DNA of 64,000 nt from Alphaproteobacteria bacterium. Its GTDB lineage: Bacteria > Pseudomonadota > Alphaproteobacteria > UBA828. A program made the translations under genes and the position numbers. The notes below the pieces were generated by a model. It was not told the origin of the DNA, did not search any database, and was given only the letters and a program-made list of their open reading frames with translations. This document shows, one piece after another, positions 51,341 through 61,794 of this stretch (positions are counted from its first letter, which is position 1; each line of letters starts with the position of its first letter). The stretch lies in the NCBI GenBank assembly GCA_963422645.2, contig CAXXVO010000015.1, forward strand, positions 96,001 through 160,000. Direction: 5' to 3'.

Positions 51341-53228
51341 GTAACTGCCCAGGTTCTTGCTGTGAAAATTCTCTGGGATTCGGCACAACGCTACCCACGC
51401 GACGCCCGTGTGCTCCTCTGTGGTCGCCGGGTTTCACAGCTCACGATGCCCCTCTTGCGGACTGCGACCGGTAAGCTACCCCGATGTGGCCCGAAGTCCG
51501 CCCGCGCGACGGGCACCGATTTTCATTCTATGGGGTGGTCCAGCACGGCGTCGACCATGATCGTTTATGAGAATGGCTCCGCTGTTGGAGAACCCGTGCC
51601 AGGTGAGCTTACGCGCACTTGACGGTGGCGATGAGCCGATCCGATGGGCTGGTCAGGGCTTCGATGATATTCCAGCCCTGCTTTCTGGCGGTGGTGATGA
51701 CGCTGCGCAGGATGGCGAAGTTCTCGGCCCCCTGCGCGGACCGGAAGCCCCCGGAGATCTTCTGGCGCAGCTTCATCATCCGAAGGTCGCGCTCGGCCTC
51801 GTTGTTCGTGAACCCGACCTCGAGGTCGATCAGGAACCGGAGCACCGCGCATTTGTGGTCGCGCAGCCTCAAGGCCGGATTGTGACCGATCCTTCGCTTC
51901 CGGCGCTTCTTCCTCTTGCCAGGCGAGAACGGTGGTTGGCTCTCGTGAAAGGCCAGCGCATCGGCGATGATCTCGTCGTATCGGCGCTCGATCAGCGCCA
52001 CAAGCCTCGCCGGAACGGCGATATCCTTGTCCAGCGCGATGCGGGCGGCGCGATTGGCTCGGCGCAGGAGCTGCTGCATCCGCCGGGCCCAAGCCTCCCC
52101 TTCGATGTCCACCAGCGCCTGCAACTCCCGCAGGTGATGGGCGTTGCACAGGCCGTGCTCCACCCCTTCCATCGCGAAGTACGGCTTCCAGTGATCGTGC
52201 ACGACGATGCCGGAGACACCCGAGAGCAGGGCGCCGCGCTTGCCGCTGACCCGGTACGCCGCCAGCAGCGGCGTGCAGATCACATGAAGCCACTGCGTCT
52301 GACCGCCGATCCGCAAGCCGGTCTCGTCCATGTGTTTCACCCGCGCCGTGCCCGCCGCCAGGTCCTGTATGTGCAAGGCCGCGTCCCGCAGCCGCTCGGC
52401 CGCCCTCTCGCTCATCGTCGCCAACGTCGCAGCCGTCACCGGCGCGCCGAAGAGCTCGGCCATCACCTGCGACAGCCGATCCTCCGGCAGGAAGTGAGCG
52501 TGCTGAAGGTAGACCGCCACCCCGGCAATGCGCGGGCCGTACTGCACCGGCGCCGACACCCCGTCGGGGAACGCCGCCCGGGTCACCGTCCCGCAATGCC
52601 CGCAGCACTTGGCATGCGCCCGGTGCTCGGTCACCTCCAGGGGGCTCGGCTCGGGCAGATCGAACACCTGGCGGGCGACGGGCGTTCCCGCCCTGGCCGC
52701 GTCCGAAAGCGGCGAACCGCATCCCTTGCAGGAAGCCGGGACGTGATCCTTCACCCGATCCGGGTGATCGGCGCGGCGCAGCGTCTTGCCCTTGTGGCCG
52801 GGCTGGCCACCGGGCTTGCGGCCCGATTTGCCGCGCAGGCTTCGGGTTCGCCGCTTCGAATTCGGCTTCCTCAGCCCATCGCTCGAAGGCGGCTTGCCGC
52901 TGTTGCCGCTGTTGAGGCCGAGACGGCGCTCCAACTCCTCGATGCGCTCGACGAGACGCGCGACTTGCTCTTCCAGCCGCGCGTTCTGCTGCCGAAGCCA
53001 GGCATTTTCCTCCCGAAGCCGGGCGTTCTCCTCCTCCAGGCGGGCGATCTTCTGCGCGGGCGTTTCGGGCGCTGCTCCCGTCGAAGGGCCGCGCGGCGAC
53101 TCGGGATTGCTCATGTCGTTGTTGAGTCATTTCCCGAAATTCCCGTCAAGCCCTTTCCACCAACTCCGAACGAGAAACGCCTCAATCCACTGGCCCAAAA
53201 TGACAAATCAGACGACCTGGGCAGTTAC
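51341..53228 (-). mobile_element. IS66-B copy 2 (intact, 1888 bp, single-ORF ISBst12-like organisation)
   Basis: 14-bp IR GTAACTGCCCAGGT; perfect 8-bp TSD CTTTACGA (51333-51340, 53229-53236). Confidence 0.96.
51609..53114 (-). CDS. IS66 family transposase
   Basis: NSGNSGKPPSSD, DETG, CNAHHLREL, TNNEAERDLR. Confidence 0.94.
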   Translation of the reverse strand: MSNPESPRGPSTGAAPETPAQKIARLEEENARLREENAWLRQQNARLEEQVARLVERIEELERRLGLNSGNSGKPPSSDGLRKPNSKRRTRSLRGKSGRKPGGQPGHKGKTLRRADHPDRVKDHVPASCKGCGSPLSDAARAGTPVARQVFDLPEPSPLEVTEHRAHAKCCGHCGTVTRAAFPDGVSAPVQYGPRIAGVAVYLQHAHFLPEDRLSQVMAELFGAPVTAATLATMSERAAERLRDAALHIQDLAAGTARVKHMDETGLRIGGQTQWLHVICTPLLAAYRVSGKRGALLSGVSGIVVHDHWKPYFAMEGVEHGLCNAHHLRELQALVDIEGEAWARRMQQLLRRANRAARIALDKDIAVPARLVALIERRYDEIIADALAFHESQPPFSPGKRKKRRKRRIGHNPALRLRDHKCAVLRFLIDLEVGFTNNEAERDLRMMKLRQKISGGFRSAQGAENFAILRSVITTARKQGWNIIEALTSPSDRLIATVKCA

Positions 53229-54166
53229 CTTTACGAGCGGGCGGGCATCGCCCTTGTCGTTGGTGATCCAGTCGAAGAACTCCTGGCCGTAGCCTTGGGT
53301 GAAGTCGGTGCCGAAGGCGACCGAGTCCTCGCCGGCGACCGAGATCACGTGCTCCATCGCCCCCACGTAGTCGTCCACCGTCGAGTGCTCGCCGCCGCTG
53401 AGGAACGCCGGGAACATGGTGACCCCGATCATGCCGCCCTGCTCGGCGATGAGTCGAAGCTCCCCGTCGCCCTTGTTGCGCTGGTGCGGCTTGAGGGCCG
53501 AGGGCAGGCAGTGGGTGTAGGCGACCGGCTTCGAGGATTCGCGAATCGTCTCCTCGGACGTGCGGGAGCCCACGTGGCTCAAGTCGATCAGCATCCCCAC
53601 CCGGTTCATCTCGGCCACCAGCTCGCGGCCCCAGTCGCTGAGCCCAGAGTCGCGGCTCTCGTAGCAGCCGGAGCCCGCGAGGTTCTGCGTGTTGTAGGTG
53701 AGCTGGGCGATGCCGACGCCCACATCCTTGAAAAGCTGGACCGCGCCCAGCTTGTCCTCGAAGGCCGACGTGTTCTGGAAGCCGAGGATGATCGCCGTGC
53801 GGCCTTCCTCCTTGGCCCGGCGGATGTCGGCGGCGGTGCGCGCCTTGACGATCAGGTCGTCGTGGTCGCGGAACCAGCCGTTCCAGCGGGCGACGTTGGC
53901 CATGGTCTCGGCGAAGCCTTCCCACACGCAGCAGGTGCAGTTGGCAGCGGTGAGCCCGCCCTTGCGCATGTCGCGGAAGACCTCCTCCGACCAGTTGGAG
54001 ACGATCAGCCCGTCGATGACGATCAGATCCTCGTGCAGCGTACTCACGTCACGTCCCTCCCCCGGTGCGCCGCGCCTGGCGGGCGCTTCCGCCCGATAGC
54101 CCGTTGTCTCCCCCGACTGAGGGGCTAAGATACGGTCACCCTCTGCGCGCGCGAAGGAGAGATATT

Positions 54167-54628
54167 ATGCCCTTGCTCGACCTGCACCACGTGGCCATCA
54201 AGTCCAAGAACCTCGAAGAGACGGTAGCGTTCTATTGTGACGTGCTCGGCATGGAGCAGGTCGAACGCCCGGAGTTCTCGTTCCCCGGCGCCTGGCTCCA
54301 GATGGGCGAAACCATGTTCCACATCTATGGCGGCGACCCCGCCAAGACCCACAGCGGGAACTACAAGTACAACCAGCGAGTCTCGCCGATAGACCATATC
54401 GCGCTCCGGGCGTCGGGCTTCGACGAGATGAAGAAGAAGCTGATGAAGCACAAGTGCGATTGGCGCCAGATGAACATCCCGGACTTCAAGCTCTGGCAGC
54501 TCTTCGTGCTCGACCCGAGCGGCGTGGTCATCGAGCTCAACTTCGAAGTGGAGAAGGAGCCGAAGGGCAGCAAGGGCCCGTCCGGGCAGAAGAAGTACGA
54601 ATTCGGCCGCTTCGCCGCCGCCGCCTGA
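54167..54628 (+). CDS. VOC/glyoxalase family protein
   Basis: LHHVAI, FYCDVLG, DHIAL, DPSGVVIEL; RBS AAGGAG. Confidence 0.88.
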   Translation: MPLLDLHHVAIKSKNLEETVAFYCDVLGMEQVERPEFSFPGAWLQMGETMFHIYGGDPAKTHSGNYKYNQRVSPIDHIALRASGFDEMKKKLMKHKCDWRQMNIPDFKLWQLFVLDPSGVVIELNFEVEKEPKGSKGPSGQKKYEFGRFAAAA

Positions 54629-55053
54629 GGCACCGCACGCCACGCCGGCCGCCCGACAGGAGCCGGCACAAGCCTGTTCAGGATCGCGGAACCCGCGGCA
54701 CGCCACGGGGCAGGGTGTCGTGCCGCGGCAGATCGTCCCCCATCTCCAGCCACGGCATGCGTTCGCGCACGAAGACGTGCCGCTCCGGCGCGAGCGTCTC
54801 TGGCTTGTCGAGCGTACCGGCCATGATGTGGACCTCGCCGGGGTAGACCGCCGCCACGTAGGTGAGCGGCGTGCCGCAGGCGCCGCAGAAGGTGCGCTCC
54901 ACCCGGGGCGAGCTCTCGTACGAGCCGGGCGTGCCGGCGACGAAGGCAAACCCGGTGTCACTCACACCGACGAAGGTCGAGACCGGCGCGCCGGACGAGC
55001 GCCGGCACTCCTCGCAGTGGCAATGGGAGACCCAGAGCGGCCCGCCCTCGGCC

Positions 55054-57526
55054 CAATGGCATTCACTTAGCGGTTTTCGACTGTTCACTTAAGGAGTCGT
55101 GTTCTTGCGCTGTCGGTTGCGTGCGTTTCTGTCGTTCAGGTGTTCAGGCGACGGCCCGCTTTGCGCGTGCCCACTTGCCGCGGGGTTTGCGCGACCTGCG
55201 TTCGCAGGACCGGCCGGGGCGCGGGCGCTGACGCGCCTGGTTGATGCAGGAGAGGACATGGCTGAGGGTTTCGGCGACCATCGCCGTATGGCGCAGCAGC
55301 AGCGCTTCGAGGTTGCGCGCGACGGTGGCGAGGCCGTTGCTGAAGTTGGCTTTCATCGCCGGCTTGCCGTCGGCAGGGCGCTCGGCGTCGAGGCTTGCGT
55401 TGCTGCGGTTGGTGAAGAGCCGGGTCATGGCGATGAGGTTGAAGTGGGCGAAGAGCTCCTGGCGGACGCCGCGCTCGGTCTGGCTGTGGAAGGCCTCGAC
55501 GGCCATGGCCTGTTTCGAGGTCTTGTAGAGTTCCTCGATTCCCCAGCGCGCGTGATAGAGCTCGGCCAGTTCCGCGACGCTCCAGGCCTTGGGGTCGAGG
55601 AGGGTGGTGGCGAGGATGAAGACCGTGCTGCCGATGCGGTAGCGGACCAGTCGCAGGCGCAGCGGGGTGGCGTCGACGTGCGGCGTCTTGCGGCGCAGCT
55701 TTCTCAGGGTGTCCTTTCCGGGAGCGACGGTGATCGGCGCGTCCGTGCGGCCGTCGGCGATGAAGGCGTCGAGGGCGGCGCCTGCCTTCTTCTTGATCCG
55801 GAACACGGGGTGCAGGCCGCGGGCGACATGGGCGTGCAGCATCTCCCAAGAGTAGTAGCCGCGGTCATAGACCACGATGTCGTTGGCCGAGAGCGCCTTG
55901 AGGTGGGCGAGGGCGGCCCTTCTTTCGTCGCCGTGCGCGACCAGGTCGAAGTCCACCGGGATGTTCGCGTGCAGCCGGTAGAGGCAACTCAGCAGGCCCT
56001 GCGGGTAGTGGGCCGCCTCGGAGGGCGTGCGGTAGCCGGCCTTGAGCAGCGGCCGCGGCAGGTTGAGCTTGGAGCCGTCGACCGCGAACACGCGGTGGCC
56101 CTTCCAGGCCGGGCCGTCGGCGCGCTTGAGGATCTCGGCGTGCAGCGTCTTGAACACCGCCTCGTCGACCTTGGCCCGCGCCATGCACATCGCCGAGGCC
56201 GAGACCGGCGCCGGCTGCGGCAGTGCGACGCCCAGGACCCGGCACTGCTCCCACAGCCCGGCCAGCGTCGTGGCGTAGCCCGCGCGGCCGTTCGAGAACG
56301 CCAGCCGGAAGATGAAGAGCATGACGAGAAGGGTGTCGAGGACCCGCCGGCGGCTCTGCCACACCCGGTCGTGATCGGCGGCCACCGCCGCCAGTGCGCC
56401 GATCAGGTCCTGCCACAGCGCCACGAAGGGATCGTCCGGCGCCAGCGCTGCCGGCCGTGTCCTGTTCCCGCGCCGCGCCGGCCGCGGGCCTTCGAGCAGG
56501 ATCGAGCGGAAGTCCGGCGTCAGCGGGTAGACGTAGACGCTTTTGCGGGTCTTGCCCTTGCCGCCCCCGGTCTCGCCGAGACAGCGCCAGTTGGCCGCGC
56601 GGTAGCAGGCGCCGTCGAAGAGGCTGGGGTCCACGAAGGTCTCCACCAGAACCGGGCGCGCTCCGAAGCGCGCCTCCCAGTCGCCGGGCAGCTGGCGCAG
56701 CGCCATCGACAGCGCTTTCGACGCCAGGTTGTCGACCCGGACCCAGGGAAAGATCAGGAAACGCGTGTGACCCACGACCAGATCGAGGTGCTTGCGGAAG
56801 CCTTCCGCCGGCCACCCGATCCACTCGTCGCGGCAGGGCAGCGTGCGCGACGCCCGGGCAAACAGAAGGCAGCCCAGAGGCCGCCCGTGGCGGTCCAGGA
56901 GAAAATAGCGCAGATGCGCGCCGACCAGACGATGCAGCCCGAGATAGTGGTGGCGCGCGACGAACTCGTTCCACAGCCCGCCCTCCTCCTTGCCCGCCGC
57001 AATCGACAGGCGCAGCGGCATCAGCGCGGCCAGGTCCTCCGCGATCGCCGCGGCCGGCGCCGTCCGCTCGCTCCGGGCCATCGCCTCCTGCGGCCCCCGC
57101 ACCTGCGCCTCGTCCCGCGCCGGCAGGGTCAGGATGCCCAGCCGCTCCAACTCCTCCAGCATCCGCAGGCAGACCGCGACACGGTTCCGCCCGCTCGGCG
57201 CGCGCCAGTTCAAATGCTCGCAGATCGTGTGCCCGAGCTCGTTGCGGCTGATCGCCGGAAACAGCGCCACCGTCTCCTGGATGTCGGCAATCTGCCGGCG
57301 GGTCAGACGTCTGCCGAAAAAGGTCGTCGACTTCAGCGCGGTGATGCGGGGGTCCATGGGCCGGCTCCACTGACAGGGGGACAGCCACAGTGTGCCAAAG
57401 CACACGCCGCCGGTCAATCCCCCTCGTGCGGGAAACGCCGAGACCGACAATCCACACAAGAAATCAACTCGTTACGACACCACCAAAAAACCCCGGAACA
57501 ATCTTCGCGCCAAATGAATGCCATTG
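55054..57526 (-). mobile_element. IS4-like element (2473 bp) with a DUF4338-fused transposase
   Basis: IR CAATGGCATTCA; 10-bp TSD GCCCTCGGCC (55044-55053, 57527-57536). Confidence 0.93.
55144..57357 (-). CDS. DUF4338/DruA-like domain fused to an IS4-family DDE transposase
   Basis: N-half: WNEFVARHHYLG, RDEWIGW, RFLIFPWV, NLAS, ETFVD, GACYRAANW. C-half: AVDGS, YDRGY, YHARWGIEELYK (YREK). Confidence 0.88.
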   Translation of the reverse strand: MDPRITALKSTTFFGRRLTRRQIADIQETVALFPAISRNELGHTICEHLNWRAPSGRNRVAVCLRMLEELERLGILTLPARDEAQVRGPQEAMARSERTAPAAAIAEDLAALMPLRLSIAAGKEEGGLWNEFVARHHYLGLHRLVGAHLRYFLLDRHGRPLGCLLFARASRTLPCRDEWIGWPAEGFRKHLDLVVGHTRFLIFPWVRVDNLASKALSMALRQLPGDWEARFGARPVLVETFVDPSLFDGACYRAANWRCLGETGGGKGKTRKSVYVYPLTPDFRSILLEGPRPARRGNRTRPAALAPDDPFVALWQDLIGALAAVAADHDRVWQSRRRVLDTLLVMLFIFRLAFSNGRAGYATTLAGLWEQCRVLGVALPQPAPVSASAMCMARAKVDEAVFKTLHAEILKRADGPAWKGHRVFAVDGSKLNLPRPLLKAGYRTPSEAAHYPQGLLSCLYRLHANIPVDFDLVAHGDERRAALAHLKALSANDIVVYDRGYYSWEMLHAHVARGLHPVFRIKKKAGAALDAFIADGRTDAPITVAPGKDTLRKLRRKTPHVDATPLRLRLVRYRIGSTVFILATTLLDPKAWSVAELAELYHARWGIEELYKTSKQAMAVEAFHSQTERGVRQELFAHFNLIAMTRLFTNRSNASLDAERPADGKPAMKANFSNGLATVARNLEALLLRHTAMVAETLSHVLSCINQARQRPRPGRSCERRSRKPRGKWARAKRAVA

Positions 57527-57588
57527 GCCCTCGGCCCGGTAGCGCACCGCGCTGCAGCGGCAGCCGCCCTCGATGGCGGGGGCCTCGC

Positions 57589-58362
57589 TCATTCCCTGAG
57601 CGTGCACCAGATCGGCGTGTGGTCCGAGGCCTTCACGCCGCCGCGAGGCCCTGAGTCGATCTCGCAGGCCTCCAGCCGGTCCGCCGCCTCCGGCGAGAGC
57701 AGCAGATGATCGATCCGCAGCCCCTCGCCCCGCTGCCAGCGGCCGGCCTGGTAGTCCCAGAACGTGTAGGACCGCCGGTTGGGGTGCAGCGTGCGGAACG
57801 CCTCCACATAGCCGCTATGGAGCAGCGTGCGGAAGCGCGACCGCGATTCATTGCGGCAGAGCGCGTCGTCGCGCCAGGCTTTCGGATCGTAGCAGTCGAG
57901 GTCGGCCGGGATGACGTTGTAGTCGCCGCCGAGCACGACCGGCTCCTCGTGCCTTAGCAGCACGTCAGCGCGCGCGGCGAGCCGGTCCATCCATGCGATC
58001 TTGTAGGGAAACTTCTCGGTCGCCACCGGGTTGCCGTTGGGCAGATAGATCGAGGCGATCCGGACGCCGCCGGTGGTGGCCTCGACGTAGCGCGCCTGCT
58101 CGTCTTCCTCATCGCCGGGGAGGCCGATGAAGACATCCTCCAGCGGCCGTTTGCTCAGGATGGCGACGCCGTTGTAGGTCTTCTGCCCGTGGACGAGGAG
58201 GTTGTAGCCGCAGTCCTCGATCTCGAGTCGCGGGAAGGCCTCGTCGAGCGACTTGGTTTCCTGCAGCAGCACGACATCGGGCGCGGCGCTGCCGAGCCAC
58301 TCCAGCACGGCGGGCAGGCGGACCTTGATCGAGTTGACGTTCCAGGTCGCGATCTTGAGCAC
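57589..58362 (-). CDS. xth: exodeoxyribonuclease III
   Basis: ATWNVNS, LQETK, YLPNG, GDYN, RIDH, SDHTP. Confidence 0.95.
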   Translation of the reverse strand: MLKIATWNVNSIKVRLPAVLEWLGSAAPDVVLLQETKSLDEAFPRLEIEDCGYNLLVHGQKTYNGVAILSKRPLEDVFIGLPGDEEDEQARYVEATTGGVRIASIYLPNGNPVATEKFPYKIAWMDRLAARADVLLRHEEPVVLGGDYNVIPADLDCYDPKAWRDDALCRNESRSRFRTLLHSGYVEAFRTLHPNRRSYTFWDYQAGRWQRGEGLRIDHLLLSPEAADRLEACEIDSGPRGGVKASDHTPIWCTLRE

Positions 58363-58366
58363 GGGC

Positions 58367-58741
58367 TCAGACGAGGGAGAAGGACGTGCCGCAGCCGCAG
58401 CCGGAAACCGCGTTCGGGTTCTTCACCTGGAAGGAGGCGCCGATCAGGTCCTCCACGTAGTCGATCTCCGAGCCCGTCATGTAGCCGGCCGAGACCCGGT
58501 CCACCAGCGCAACAATGCCGTCCCGCTCGATGGCGATGTCGTCCGGCCGCTGCTCGGTCTCGAAGGCGAAGCCGTACTGGAAGCCGGAGCAGCCGCCGCC
58601 CGAGACGCTGACCCGCAGCATCGTGCCCGAATCGTCCTCATCGGCGATCAGCGCTGCGATCCGCCGGGCCGCGCTGGCCGAGAGCGTGATGTCCTCGTTG
58701 CCGCCTGCGAGCGGTTGAACTGCGTCGAATGCGCGTGCCAT
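58367..58741 (-). CDS. erpA: iron-sulfur cluster insertion protein ErpA
   Basis: GGGCSGFQY, NPNA, CGCGTSFS. Confidence 0.9.
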   Translation of the reverse strand: MARAFDAVQPLAGGNEDITLSASAARRIAALIADEDDSGTMLRVSVSGGGCSGFQYGFAFETEQRPDDIAIERDGIVALVDRVSAGYMTGSEIDYVEDLIGASFQVKNPNAVSGCGCGTSFSLV

Positions 58742-58875
58742 GGCGTCTGTTGACCTCACCTGCAATCCTAAGGATTAGATAGCGCCGCCCGAGCGCTTGT
58801 CAATCGACGGGACGGAAATGACGCGAAGGGGCGGCGCCCGCCTGCCGGCCCGCACGTTGAGATTCGCTGGCTATC

Positions 58876-58961
58876 TAGACATCCTATAGGATATCACTAA
58901 TATAGTTGCGGTGAGGCTGGTGTTGGACACAAACGTCGCTTATTCTTTTATACTGTCCTAA
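58876..58961 (+). pseudogene. promoter plus first codons of a PIN-family toxin gene (remnant)
   Basis: TAGACA-N16-TAATAT with palindrome ATCCTATAGGAT (58881-58892); GTG 58911 reads (M)RLVLDTNV and stops after 16 codons. Confidence 0.45.
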
Positions 58962-59564
58962 TTTACTGTATTTGCAAGATTTTTATTTTCCCCCATGATG
59001 CTCGTAAGCAATCCGGAAGCGAATTTGAGTGAAAGGCTGCGCGTTCCGACGCAGCGTTGTCGACGGAAACCGCCTACCGTGCAGGAGAATTCGTTCGGTC
59101 ATCAGTGACGCGGACGGCGGGCGAGCGGGGGTTTGAGGCACTGCCCTATCGCAGGCAGCGGATCTCGGGGCCTTCTCATAACCGTCACCGCGTCACCGCA
59201 TCGATACCGCTCAGGCAAACGGTTCTACAAGCTGCAAACGGGAAGTCGGAGTAAGTGTTCCGTCGGGCCGGCGTAGACCGACAGACCGGCACACTTATGC
59301 AGGCAGGCGCGGTTCAATCGAGCGGAATCCGGAGCGTCGACAGACCAGCGGTTGGTTCAGTCTGTCAATCGGCTTTCAATACTGACCCCCGATCGGCGTG
59401 CAAAATTGACCCCCCTGAGTGGCACGGCGGAGGTTGTCCCGGTAGCCAATAGGGGGGACCCGCGCGGCTTCGTGTGGCGCCCTGCGCTACGCGGAGCGAA
59501 GCCGCGTGGGGGGTCCCTGTTGGCCCACCGGGGCAACCGGGCCGCAAGGGAGGCCGGCGGCGGG

Positions 59565-60293
59565 TCAGGAGCGGTTCTTGAAGCGCCAGCTCTCGTTGCC
59601 GGTCTCGATGATCTCGCAATGATGGGTGAGGCGATCGAGCAGCGCTGTGGTCATCTTGGGGTCGCCGAAGACGGATGGCCATTCGCCGAAGGCGAGGTTT
59701 GTGGTGATGACGATCGAGGTGCGCTCGTAGAGCCGGCTCATCAGATGGAAGAGCAGCTGCCCACCGGCCTGGGCGAAGGGCAGGTAGCCGAGCTCGTCGA
59801 GGATGACGAAGTCGCGGCGGACGAGCTGGTCTGCAGTGCGGCCCTGGCGTCCGGCGCGAAGCTCGGCCTCGAGGAGGTTGACCAGGTCGACGACGTTGTA
59901 GCACCGGCCGCGCGCGCCCTTGCGGATGCAGGACCGCGCGATGGCGACGGCGAGATGGGTCTTGCCGGTACCGGTGCCGCCGACCAGCACGATGTTGCGT
60001 TTGCCCTCGAGGAAGCCGCCGCCGGCGAGCTCCTGGATCAGGGGCTCGTTGACCGGCGAGGCGGCGAAGTCGAAGTCGGCCAGCTCCTTGACCGTCGGCA
60101 GCTTGGCGGAGGCCATCTGGTACTTGATCGAGCGGGCCCTCTTGTCGGCGATCTCGACCTGCAGCAGCGTACCGATGATCTGTTGCACCGGATGGCGGCG
60201 CTTGAGCCCGTCGGCAAGGATGTCGTCGTAAGCGGCGCGCATACCTGCGAGCTTCAGCTGGGTCATCATCTCCAGCACATCATGACGCTCCAT
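59565..60293 (-). CDS. istB: IS21 helper ATPase IstB
   Basis: [26 protein letters not shown]. Confidence 0.95.
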   Translation of the reverse strand: MERHDVLEMMTQLKLAGMRAAYDDILADGLKRRHPVQQIIGTLLQVEIADKRARSIKYQMASAKLPTVKELADFDFAASPVNEPLIQELAGGGFLEGKRNIVLVGGTGTGKTHLAVAIARSCIRKGARGRCYNVVDLVNLLEAELRAGRQGRTADQLVRRDFVILDELGYLPFAQAGGQLLFHLMSRLYERTSIVITTNLAFGEWPSVFGDPKMTTALLDRLTHHCEIIETGNESWRFKNRS

Positions 60294-61794
60294 GACCGGC
60301 CTCCCTCAGGCTGTCGTAGCGCTGACAGTCGGCTACCGGCTTGTGGCGAAGCTGCAGGCCCTCGGGCGTCGGGATGATTGCCGGCGGTGCCGGCTGGCGC
60401 TGCCGGGCGAGGATGTTGAGCACCACGTCGGCGCTGCAGGCACCGCAGTCGAGCGTCTCGGCACAGGCCGCCTCAACCGCCTCCAGTCCGTCCTCCAGCA
60501 CCGCCGCGAGCACCTTGACGAACTGCCGGTCGCCGTCGTCGTGGCCCGCGAGCCGGGTTCGCAGGCGGCCGAGCGCGTTGGGCAACTGCCAGTCCTTGAA
60601 GGGCGCGCCATTGCGTAGCGCGCCGGGCTTCCGCGTCAGGATCGGCACGTAATGCCACGGATCGTAGACGAACCGGCCGCGCCCGAAGCTGCGGGGGTGC
60701 TCGGCAACGGTCTCGCCGTCCTGGCGGATGACGATCCGATCGGCATAGGCCCGCACGTCCACCGGCCGGCCGACGGCGCGGGCCGCGACGCTGTACTGGT
60801 TGTTGTCGAAGCGCACCAGACAGGTCTTCGAGACCGACACCTCGCTGGCATGGAAGCCGTCGAAGGGGCCGCGATACGCCATCAGGAAGGGCTGCTCCTC
60901 CTCGAACACCTGCCACACCGTCTTGCCCGGGATTGTCGGATGCGGATGCTTCTTGGCGTCCTCGATGCACCGATCCATCAGCCACTCGTTGATCTCGGCG
61001 TAGGAGCGGCCCCGCGGGATGGGCACGAACAGGCGGCCGCGAAGGTCACCCACCTGCTTCTCGACCTGCCCCTTCTCCCAGCCAGCCCCTGGCGTGCACG
61101 CCACAGGCTCCACCAGATGGTGCGAGCACAGCTCCTGGAAGCGGCGGTTGTAGTCCCGCTTCTTGCCCACGAAGATCGTGCTCACCGCCGTCTTCATGTT
61201 GTCGTAGATGCCCCGCCGGCAGACCCCGCCGAAGAAGCGGAAGGCACGCTCGTGCGCCTCGAAGACCATCTCCTGGCTCTCGCGGGGAAAGATCTGGACC
61301 AGATACATCCGGCTGTGGCACAGCCGCATGTGCGCCGCCTTCACCCTGGTCGTCGCGCCCGACAGACGCGCGTACTCGTGGCTCCAGTCGAACTGGTAGG
61401 CCTCGCCGGGATCGAAGATCAGCGGCACATAGGCCTGCGCCGGCGACAACAGCCGCCACCGGCGCCGCCAGGCCCTGGCATAGCGGCGAACCGCGTCATA
61501 GCCGCCCTTGTAGCCCAGCGACACAAGGTCTTCATGAATCCGCAGAAGAGACAGCCGATCCTTGCGTGCCTTCTTCTCGTTGGCCTTCAGCTGGCGCTCA
61601 AGCTCCTCCACCCACAGCCCAAGCTTCGGCATCGGCTGGATCTTGCGCTCGTAGCTGTGCGAGGTCGCATCGCCCCGCACCACCTTGCGTATCGTGTTCT
61701 TGGAAACCCTCAAATCCCGGGCGAGCTTCTTGATCGGAACGCCCTTCACCAGATGATCCCGACGGATCTTCGCGATCGTTTCCACAACCAGCAT
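60280..61794 (-). CDS. istA: IS21 transposase IstA
   Basis: [22 protein letters not shown]. Confidence 0.95.
   Translation of the reverse strand: MLVVETIAKIRRDHLVKGVPIKKLARDLRVSKNTIRKVVRGDATSHSYERKIQPMPKLGLWVEELERQLKANEKKARKDRLSLLRIHEDLVSLGYKGGYDAVRRYARAWRRRWRLLSPAQAYVPLIFDPGEAYQFDWSHEYARLSGATTRVKAAHMRLCHSRMYLVQIFPRESQEMVFEAHERAFRFFGGVCRRGIYDNMKTAVSTIFVGKKRDYNRRFQELCSHHLVEPVACTPGAGWEKGQVEKQVGDLRGRLFVPIPRGRSYAEINEWLMDRCIEDAKKHPHPTIPGKTVWQVFEEEQPFLMAYRGPFDGFHASEVSVSKTCLVRFDNNQYSVAARAVGRPVDVRAYADRIVIRQDGETVAEHPRSFGRGRFVYDPWHYVPILTRKPGALRNGAPFKDWQLPNALGRLRTRLAGHDDGDRQFVKVLAAVLEDGLEAVEAACAETLDCGACSADVVLNILARQRQPAPPAIIPTPEGLQLRHKPVADCQRYDSLREAGHGAS

Larger units (their letters stand above)
51177..54047 (-). 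pseudogene. membrane dipeptidase (M19), split by IS66-B
   Basis: IDGL, QLTYN, DLSHVG, GTDF in 53229-54047; C-terminus (KVMGENWLRFL) in 51177-51340. Confidence 0.9.
54678..57592 (-). pseudogene. GFA family (Zn CxC) protein, split by the IS4-like element
   Basis: MSEAPAIEGGCRCSAVRYRAEG (57592-57527) joins GPLWVSHCHCEECRR...FCGACG; ATGA overlap with xth. Confidence 0.88.

Noticed and set aside
51567-54128. Long ORFs such as 51567-54128 (+), 55099-57654 (+), 16612-18858 (+), 8597-10825 (-) and 61926-63809 (+)
   Set aside because: Antisense shadows of real genes in high-GC DNA, with no recognisable motifs.
55144-57357. Druantia anti-phage system
   Set aside because: Only a DruA-like domain inside an IS with IRs and TSD; no DruE helicase or other dru genes.
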